DNA of 64,000 bases from Octopus sinensis (Eukaryota). Shown in pieces: positions 54,831-64,000 of this stretch. The notes under the pieces were generated by a model. The model saw only the letters and a program-made list of their open reading frames with translations, was not told the origin of the DNA and did not search any database. Location of the stretch: assembly GCF_006345805.1 (NCBI RefSeq), contig NC_043007.1, positions 24,676,001 through 24,740,000 on the forward strand, written 5' to 3'. The translations under genes and the position numbers were made by a program. The stretch's first letter is position 1. The number at the start of each line of letters is the position of its first letter.

Positions 54831-55776
54831 ACCACAACCACAACCAATTACAACATGTAGGAACTGCCATATGTTTGCTTAACTTGTTTGAAGTAGCAGC
54901 TAAATCTTGCCCCTAAATCACACTCTGTCATTTTAAGGAAGGACACAGTACATACAGCTAATTGTTCTGCTCTCCCTACAAGCTCTACTTCAACTGATAA
55001 GGGTGCTGCCTCTCCTACTATGTACACTACCTATCATGGAGAGGTAGAGCCTATACACTTCACTTCCTTCTCTTCATCTCATAGATAGCACTGTCTGTCC
55101 ATCCCATGTTGGTACTACTTCTCTGGTTATGAATACTGACCTTCCTTCTTTGGGTAATGCCTCTCACACCAATACCATCCACTCTCTTTGACCATAATAC
55201 CTATTTCTTTACTACCCACAAGGGGGTACACACAGAGGGGACAAACGAGGACAGACAAACGGATTAAGTCGATTACATTGACCCCAGTGCGTAACTGGTA
55301 CTTATTTAATCGACCCCAAAGTGATGAAAGGCAAAGTTGACCTCGGCGGAATTTGAACTCAGAACGTAGCAGCAGACGAAATACGGCTACGCATTTCGCC
55401 CGTCATGCTAACGTTTCTGCCAGCTCGCCGCCTTTGACCATAATACCATTCACTCACTTTCAGAGCTACTTCTTTAATTAGCAGATGCGTTTTTGTAATT
55501 GAGCACTGCATTCCATGACTGTCTCAACATGAATTTTGCTTCCATTGTCGTAGTTGTCATCATCGTGTCATTGATACCACCACATCCACCATCACAAATA
55601 CCAACATCATCATCTTTATCTTCATCACCAATACCACTATTTATTTCTTTATTACCCACAGGGGGCTAAACATAGAGGGGACAAACAAGGACACAAAAAG
55701 GGATTAAGTCGATTACATTGACCCCAGTGCACAACTGGTACTTATTTAATCGATCTCAAAAGGATGAAAGGCAGTT

Positions 55777-55779
<3 letters not shown>

Positions 55780-55819
<40 letters not shown>

Positions 55820-56175
55820 AATTATTGTATACAGTGCTCAAGTGCACCACAACTTGTCAAAAGTGCGTGTAAAGCATATGCAGCAATGTACAAATGTCTG
55901 GAAAGTGAACAGTGTATGAATCAGATACATGCTTGCATGTGTATGGAGGGGAGAAAATCAGGTGTAATGTTGGCGAATCTCAGGAAGCATGGAAGTTTTG
56001 AAGGATGCAGTGCTTCGACAACTAACAACTGATGCCAGCAGTTTGTTCCATATTTCAACAACTCGTAGCATGAAAAAATGTTTCCGAAAGTCATGGGAGC
56101 TGTGCTGTTTTCTGACTTTGTAAACATGTCCACGGGTGTTAGGCAGCTGGAGTTTGAAAAGGTGCTCAGAGTTAT
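55780..56175 (-). mobile_element. CR1-type LINE 3' end with (TTA)n tail
   Basis: NTRGHVYKVRKQHSSHDFRKHFFMLRVVEIWNKL is the CR1 ORF2 C-terminal motif. Confidence 0.85.
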
Positions 56176-57603
56176 TGTTTTGGCATGATTTTTTACAGAT
56201 GGATGCACTCCCAAATGACAACCACTTTACAGTGTGGATTGAATGCTTCTTGAATGTAGATACAGCATTTAACATTGAATCAGAATGTAGCAAACAACAG
56301 TATAGAAATCTTCCACAGAGTAATACAAAACGCATTTTAGAAACATGCGTCCAACTATCTGGAAACTCATAAGTTATTTGTAAAAGGAAGAAAGTTTAAT
56401 GAAAAAGAAAATAGTGTGATTTAGATTGAGGAGATGCAATGAAGAAAAAATACAGCGATGTTAATGCAAAACTTGAGAGACAAATGCTTTGATACAATCA
56501 GCAGCTAAAGCTACATTATTTGTGCAACATTGGTTGGAATTTTCATGCATTTTAAATGACCTTATCACACTTTTTTAAGGATTGATGTTGAATAAGACTT
56601 GCCTATTTAATGCTTATATAAAAATTATTCTTTTTCAAAAAACAGAAATGCTGATGTAATTACACTTTATCATTGTTCATACGGTGAATTTGTCTTGTAG
56701 TGAATTTTCTGATATGGCCAAAAGTTTTCTTACAGCAAGTTTTCCCATGGCAAAAATGTTTATGGTGAGTTTTCCATACATACTTTAACATTATCTTTGT
56801 TTTGTTCTACCTATTTGAACCTTGTCTCTCACTGAGAACATATTAATCCACTATGGGCCTTATGCACTTTCTATGAGCATTTTTACACTTCTGTGTTAAT
56901 TCCATTTCACCAGAAATTTCTATATTATAAACTCCCACTCCTAAAATTTCCTTCTTCCACCTCTTCAGAACATTCAACCACTGTTGTATCAACAGGTACG
57001 CACTCTACATTTGGTAATACACTGTTGTTGTCAATGCCTATTTCTTTACTAACCACAAGGGGCTAAACACAGAGGGGACAAACAAGGACAGACAAACGGA
57101 TTAAGTCGATTACATCGACCCCCAGTGCATACTTATTTAATCGACCCCGAAAGGATGAAAGGCAAAGTCGACCTTGGCAGAATTTGAACTCAGAACGTAG
57201 CGGCAGACGAGATACACCTAAGCGTTTCGCCCGGAGTGCTAACGTTTCTGCCAGCTCGCCGCCTTATTGTTGTCAATGCCATCATCCTCTGCCTCCTCCT
57301 TTAACATCTGTTTTCCATGCTGGCATGGGTTGGACAGTTTGACTAGAGCTGGCAAACTGCAGAGCTGCACCAGGCTCCAGTCTGATTCGGCATGGTTGCT
57401 ATGGCTGGATTCCCTTCCTAACACCAACCACTTTACAGAGTGTGCTGGGTGCTTTTAGCATAGCACCAACATGAGTGCTTTTATGTAACGCCAGCATGGC
57501 CTGCTTTTACATGGCACCTGCACAGGGCTCTTGCAGACCAATACTCTTCATCAGGGGGAGTGGAATTTACACTTCTGCTGCGGAGGTCGGGTCTTCTTGG
57601 GTA

Positions 57604-58030
57604 TCATCATCATCATTGTTTAACATCTGCTTTCCATGCTAGCATGGGTTGGACAATTTTGACTGAGGGCTGGCGAACCAGATGGCTGCACCAGGCTCCA
57701 ATCTTGATCTGGCAGAGTTTCTACAGCTGGATGCCCGTCCTAACGCCAACCACTACGAGAGTGTTGTGGGTACTTTTTAGGTGCCACCGGCATGGGGGCC
57801 AATCAGGCAGTACTGGCAATGACCTCGTTCAAATCTTTTTACACATGCCACCGGCACAGGTGCCAGTAAAGCAACATTGGTAACGATCACACTCGAATGG
57901 TGCCCTTTTATGTGCCACCGGCACGGAAGCCAGTTGGCTGCTCTAGCAACGATCACGCTCGGATGGTGCTCTTGGCACCCTACTAGCACAGGCACAAGTG
58001 CCAGTAAGGCGACGCTGGTAACGATCACAT
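57604..58030 (-). mobile_element. SINE family C, downstream of exon B
   Basis: (CAT)n start and ggatgcccgtcctaacgccaaccact. Confidence 0.8.
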
Positions 58031-58204
58031 TTAGTTTTGAATTAGAATGTAGCAAGTTCGACTACCATCATGGGTAATTGTTTAATTTGAACATTAACTG
58101 CATTAGTTTTACCTCTCTTGGAACATCAGTAAAGACCATGAGTACTGCTACATCTCATTTCATTAATTAAGAAAGAAAAAAATATTTATTTTAACTCAAA
58201 CCTA

Positions 58205-58535
58205 AATGACACTCCAACTATAACACCTTTCACTCACCCTGAGCTATAAAACCCCCACCACTCAACCTCAGCTATGATACCATACCATTCACTCACACTG
58301 AATTATAACCCTTTCACTCAATGTCATCAATAACTCCTTCACTCACTCTCAACTACATCACCCCACTCACCGTCAACAATAACACTTCTACTCAACTCTA
58401 ACTATACTACCATTCACTCACACTCAACTATAACATCCCCACTCAGAGTCATCGATAACCCTGTCACCCACCCTCATCTATAACTCTTAACTTACACTCA
58501 AGTATAATCCCTTCACTCACTCTCAACTACAATTC
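58205..58535. repeat. Degenerate ~25-bp minisatellite (cactcacactcaactataac...)
   Basis: Direct inspection. Confidence 0.7.
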
Positions 58536-58638
58536 TTTCATGACTCAAAACCATTAACTATATTAAAAGTTAATTTATAATAAATTAAAAAAAGAAGAAA
58601 AAAAAGTAGATAAATGTCTGACATTTTTTTCAGCTTAC

Positions 58639-58779
58639 CAATTCTTTGCCTTTGGCATTATGGAAGAACACTGGATCACTGATTGGATCTGTGAGATAAG
58701 ACTGGAGTAGATTTTGTCGGAGCCCAGTTGGGGGTTCATTAGTCATTTTCACTCCATTTTGTAGCACTGTTACTGGAAA
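58639..58779 (-). CDS. DNAH12: Axonemal dynein heavy chain (DNAH12-like), internal exon B (absent from the ORF track)
   Basis: Manual translation, 141 nt: [47 protein letters not shown]; acceptor ttttgtgatag, donor GTAAGC; continues exon A in frame. Confidence 0.95.
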
Positions 58780-58795
58780 CTATCACAAAAAAATA

Positions 58796-58837
<42 letters not shown>

Positions 58838-59144
58838 GAGTCAACATTCAATAAGTTTCAGGCAAATTTCTACTGCATTACATGCTACCACTTCTGTGTT
58901 ACTAAGGCGTGTGCAGCATTGTGTGTTCTTGTTTTTTGTTCTTGTTTTTGCTATTTGGGAGAGGACAAACTTTTTCTGGTATTAAATGAGGTGGTATCAA
59001 AAAATTCCTGAACTAGTTCTGTAGATAACTAGTTCCAAGACTGGCTCTGTAGCATGCTAACTATTGAGTTGGTGCATAATTATCGCGGTTTTTTTTCAAC
59101 AAATTTTATTCAACAAAAACAATAACAATATTTCACAAAAACGA

Positions 59145-59605
59145 CTGGCACCCGTGCTAGTGGAGTGCTAAGAGTACCATACGAGCAAGATCGTTGCCAG
59201 AGCAACAAGCTGGCCTCTGTGCTGATGGCACGTTAAAAAACACCATTCGAGCGTGATCGTTACCTGTGTCGCCTTACTAGCACCTGTGCTGGTGACACAC
59301 GAAAAACATTTGAAGCGAGGTTGTTGCCAGTGCTGCTGGACTGGCTCCTGTGCAGGTGGCACATAAAAAGCACCATCTGAGTGTGGCCATTTCCAGTACT
59401 GCCTGACTGGCTCTCGTGCCAGTGGCACGTAAAAGCACCTACTACACTCTCGGAGTGGTTGGCATTAGGAAGGGCATCCAGCAGTAGAAACTCTGCCAAA
59501 TCAGACTGGAGTCTGGTGCAGCCATCTGGTTCACCAGCCCTCAGTCAAATCGTCCAACCCATGCTAGCATGGAAAGTGGATGTTAAATGATGATGATGAT
59601 GATGA
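59145..59605 (+). mobile_element. SINE family C, upstream of exon B, inverted relative to 57604-58030
   Basis: Same subfamily (ccctcagtcaaatcgtccaacccatgctagc), (GAT)n tail. Confidence 0.8.
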
Positions 59606-59879
59606 TCTTTAGATGATGGTCTGACCATCTGCCAAGCAAATGGGAAGCAGTAATTGAAGTAGATGGTGAATATTCTCCGGAATAATAATTTAAAGATGTT
59701 TTTGTTACATGTTATTGTTTTTGTTGAAAAAAGTCTGCAATAATTATGCACCCACTGTATAGTTCCTGGACTAGTTCTGTAGTACACAAGGTATGCAGTG
59801 AGAGCTAGCAGTAACCTTCATGAGGGGCAGTGTGCCTTTTGAGTGCTTAGGGCCTCTATGGGTCTTAATCTGGCCCTGC

Positions 59880-61372
59880 ACATTGACCTCAAAAGGATAA
59901 AAGGTGGATTGAACTCAGAACATAAAGATGGATACCATGCTACAAAGCATTTTGTCAAGTGTACTAATGACTCTGCCAGCTCAATGCCTTAATAATCCTT
60001 TCTATTATAGTCACAAGGTCTGAAATTTTAGGGGAGGAGGCTAGTTGATTATATCAACCCCAGTACCTGACTGATACTTATTTCACCGACCCTGAAAGGC
60101 TGAGCAGTAAAATTGACCCTTGCAGAATTTGAACTTATAGTGTAAAGATAGATGAAAAGCTGCTAAGCATTTTTGTCCAAAGTGCTAACAATTCAACTAC
60201 CTCTTTGTCTAATCCACTGTCATAATAATTCCTTCTACTCTAGACACCAGGCCTGAAGTTTTAGGAGACAGGGTGTAATTAATTACATCAACCCCAGTGC
60301 ACAAATGGTATTTATTTCATTGACCCTGAAGGGATGAAAGGCAAAGCCAATGTCAGCGGAATTTGAACCATAACATAAAGGCCACTAAGCATTTTGTCTG
60401 ACACGATAACAATTCTTCCAGCCCCCTGCTTTATCTATTGTTGTAATAATTCTTTTTTGAATAGACACAAAGCCTAAAATTTGTGGATAGGGGTTTGTCG
60501 ATTACATCAACCTCAGTGTTCAACTGGTACTTATTTTACTGACCCCAAAAGGACAAAACACAAAGTCAACTTTAGAAGAATATGAACTCAGAACTCAGAA
60601 TAAGCAAATCAGAACATAAACACAGATAAAATGCTGCTAACCATTTTGTCAGACATGCTTACCATTCTGCCACTGCACTGCCTTAATCCACCGTCACAAA
60701 AATGCTTTCAAATTTTGGCACAAGACCAACAATATCAGGGTAAGAGGCAGGTCAATTACATTGACTCAAGTGCTCAACTAGTACCTAATAAATCGACCCC
60801 GAAAGGACGAAAGGCACAGTCGACCCCAACAGAATATCAACTCAGAACGTAAACATTAATAAGGCTTTCAAATTTTGCCACAAGGGTAGCAATTTTGGGG
60901 GAAGGAGAATAAGTCGATTATATCGACCCCAGTGTTTCACTAGTACTTATTTTATTGACCTTGACAGGATGGAAGGTAAAGCCGAACTTGGTGGAATTTG
61001 AACTCAGAAGCTAACGATGGGCGAAATGGCATACTAACGATTCTGTCAGTTCGCTGCCTGATTCCCACTGTTATAATAATCCTTTCTATTATAGGCACAA
61101 GGCCTGAAATTTAGTGGGAGGGGAATAGTCAGTTACATCGACCCCAGTGTTTCACTGGTATTTAATTTATCGACTTGTTTCAGTCATTTGACTGCGGCCA
61201 TGCTGGAGCATCGCCTTTAATCAAGTAAATCAACTCCAGGACTTACTCTTTCTAAGCCTAGTACTTATTCTATCAGACTATTTTGCCGAACCGCTCAGTT
61301 AGGGGGACATAAACACACCAGCATCAGTTGTCAAGCAATGGTGGTGAGGGACAAACACAAACATATACACCC

Positions 61373-61409
<37 letters not shown>

Positions 61410-62290
61410 TATGACGGGCTTCTTTCAATTTCTGTCTACCAAATCCATTCACAAGGCTTTGGTCGGCCTGAGGCTAGAGTAGAAGACACTTGCCCAAGTT
61501 GCCATGCAGTGGGACTGAACCCGGAACCATGTGGTTGGTAAGCAAGCTACTTACCACACAGCCACTACTGTGCCTTGGCGGAATTTGAACTCAGAACATG
61601 GTGATGGGTGAAATACCACAAAGCATTTTGTCCAGCATGCTAATGATTCTTATTTCTTTATTGCCCACAAGGGGCTAAACACAGAGAGGACAAACAAGGA
61701 CAAACAAACGGATTAAATCGATTCTTTCGACCCCAGTGTGTAACTGGAAGTTAATTTATCGACCCTGAAAGGATGAAAAACAAAGTCGACCATGGCAGAA
61801 TTTGAACTCAGAACGTAATGGCAGACAAAATACCTATTTCTTTACTACCCACAAGGGGCTAAACACAGAAGGGACAAACAAGGACAGACAAATGGATTAA
61901 GTCAATTATATCAACCCCAGTGCGAAACGGGTACTTATTTAATCGACCCCCAAAAGGATGAAAAGCAAAGTCGACCTCGGCGGAATTTGAACTCAGAATG
62001 TAGCGGCAGACGAAATACCTATTTCTTTACTACCCACAGGGGGCTAAACACAGAAGGGATAAACAAGGACAGACAAATGGATTAAGTCAATTATATCGAC
62101 CCCAGTGCGAAACGGGTACTTATTTAATCGACCCCCAAAAGGATGAAAAGCAAAGTCGACCTCAGTAGAATTTGAACTCAGAACATAGCGGCAGACGAAA
62201 TACCGCTAAGCATTTCGCCCAGCATGCTAACGTTTCTGCCAGGTCGCCGCCTTCCCGCATGCTGATGATTCTGCCAGCTCACTGCCTTTC
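59880..62290 (-). mobile_element. Cluster of ~10 co-oriented SINE family D copies (Nin-domain-like)
   Basis: gaccccgaaaggatgaaaggcaaagtcgacctcggcggaatttgaactcagaac core recurs; single copies at 17060, 25572, 32165, 48072, 55203 and 57040. Confidence 0.8.
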
Positions 62291-62311
62291 CCACTGTCAT
62301 AATAATACAAA

Positions 62312-62642
62312 CGGTGAAGGCACGTGGCTTAGTGGTTAGGGCATTCGGCTCACGATTGTAAGGTCGTGAGCTCGATTCCCGGCGACGCGTTGTGTCCTTG
62401 AGCAAGACACTTTATTTCACGTTGCTCCAGTCCACTCAGCTGGCAAAAATGAGTGGTACCTGTATTTCAAAGGGCCAGCTTTGTCACACTTTGTGTCACG
62501 CTGAATCTCCCTGAGAACTACGTTAGTGGTACGCGTGTCTGGGGATTGCTCAGCCACTTGCACGTTAATTTCACGAGCAGACTGTTCCGTTGATCGTTGT
62601 CAGCTGGGACCCTTGTCGTCGTAACCGACGGAGTGCTCCCCC
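62312..62642 (+). mobile_element. tRNA-headed SINE (family B-related), ~60 bp from the exon A donor
   Basis: A-box tggcttagtgg, B-box-like gctcgattccc, gtccttgagcaagacac block. Confidence 0.8.
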
Positions 62643-62699
62643 AAATAATACAAACAGAAGAACATCAATGAAATCATAACTAAGACTTGTTTCATTTAC

Positions 62700-62879
62700 C
62701 TTTGGGGAGGGATAACTGGTCAACCAGAGTCGGAAGTCTGGAGCCGTGTCTTCAGGATTTAACTCCTCACAGATCTTTTCCATAGCGTCCATCCAAGACA
62801 CGGCTAAATGGCAGTTCTGCAACAAGACCCAGTGGCCCTCTGATTTAGCCACAGCAATCATCTTTGCTGCAATAGGACC
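62700..62879 (-). CDS. DNAH12: Axonemal dynein heavy chain (DNAH12-like), internal exon A, AAA6/D6 region
   Basis: 180 nt, 60 codons [60 protein letters not shown]; acceptor ttccacag, donor GTAAAT; WVLLQNCHL and FRLWLTS are dynein AAA6 signatures. Confidence 0.95.
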
Positions 62880-63656
62880 CTGTGGAAAGAATTTGGATAT
62901 TCAGCAACAACAGATATAGAAAGAGTAGTAGTAATAGTAGTAGGAGTAGTAGTGGTGTATATTTTTGTTTCTCAACAAATATTCTGATTTGATTTATATG
63001 CGTGCAAATGTGTTTGTGTTTGCATATATAAACACAGGCACACACACACATACACACACACACACAATCAAGAAAAATTATACTTAAAATGCATTGAGAA
63101 AGCCAATGAAAACTAATAGCTTCCAACAGATCTTAATGCTAAAAGCTTCTCCAAGAAAGAGCCTTAATGTGGTCACATGATTTGCTAGAAATAGCAGTCA
63201 AATCTACCCCAAATCACTTAACAATGTACATGTTTTTGCTAATGTAGTTCAGGGTACATGATGCTTAAGAAAGAAGGGATGGTCATGGCTGGAATGCATT
63301 TGATTATGAGATGACTTGGTGTTATACAATAACATCAACAAAACAAAAACATTGATATGTTATTATTGTTTAGCCCCAGGTCAGCTCTGATCCACTAGAC
63401 CTATGATTAAAGGCGTTCCAGTAGTGACCATCTTATCTTTTTTAAAATTGAGTAAGACTACATTATTTCATGAAGACTCAAAGACTGCTCAGTATGATTG
63501 AAGGGTGATTTGACTGCTTTTTATAGCAGGTCTGGCAATCCTGTAGTGTATTCCTTATTGTTGTTTTTGTGAAGTAAACCCCTTTCGTGCACTCAGTTAA
63601 AATACTTAGGAGTGATCCTTATATTTAGTATTCTGACTATATTGATTACATACATA

Positions 63657-64000
63657 TGGGTGCAAGTGTGGCTGTGTGGTAAGAAGCTTGCTTCCCAACC
63701 ACATGTCTTCAGGCTCCGTCCCACTGTATGGAACCTTCTACGATAGCCTTGGGCCAACCAAAGACTTGTGAGCAGATATGGTAGATGGAAATAGAAAGAA
63801 GCCCGTCATATATGTATATGTGTGTGTGTGTGCGTGTGTCTTTGTGCTGGTGTGTTTACATCCCCGTAACTTAGCAGTTTGGCAAAAGAGACCGATAGAG
63901 TAAGTACCAGGCTTTAAAAAAATAAGTCCTGGGGTTGATTCATTCGACTAAAAATTCTTCAAGGGCATACCCCAGCATGAAACAAGTAAAAGATAAAGAT
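63657..64000 (+). mobile_element. SINE family A
   Basis: Matches other copies. Confidence 0.75.

Noticed and set aside
62312-62390. tRNA-like sequences at SINE heads (also 9790-9858, 15262-15335)
   Set aside because: A/B boxes run into SINE bodies with no complete cloverleaf; not tRNA genes

Overview
AT-rich, repeat-saturated animal genomic DNA, most likely from an octopus. That assignment is inferred from the SINE families and microsatellite load, not proven. The only host protein-coding content is five minus-strand exons (62879-62700, 58779-58639, 51810-51673, 36934-36701, 1764-1579; all GT-AG, all phase 0) that splice into a continuous 293-aa stretch of an axonemal inner-arm dynein heavy chain (AAA6 to C-terminal region, most like DNAH12). 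The gene extends beyond both window ends. Its introns (3.9, 6.8, 14.7 and 34.9 kb) hold at least four SINE families, RTE, CR1 and R4/Dong-type LINE fragments, piggyBac-, mariner- and Helentron-type non-autonomous elements, and long micro/minisatellites. Observations most worth following up: (1) short Penelope-like mini-elements carrying minimal hammerhead-ribozyme-like motifs, one fused to a tRNA-type SINE head; (2) many long inverted repeats in the pre-mRNA, including a 362-bp ~97% inverted duplication, a 549-bp mariner foldback and inverted SINE pairs bracketing in-frame exons; (3) an RTE insertion with a 154-bp target-site duplication; (4) a 1.4-1.5 kb tandem duplication bounded by (TA)n; (5) an intronic RFX X-box. 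Family names come from recalled motifs; no database search was run.
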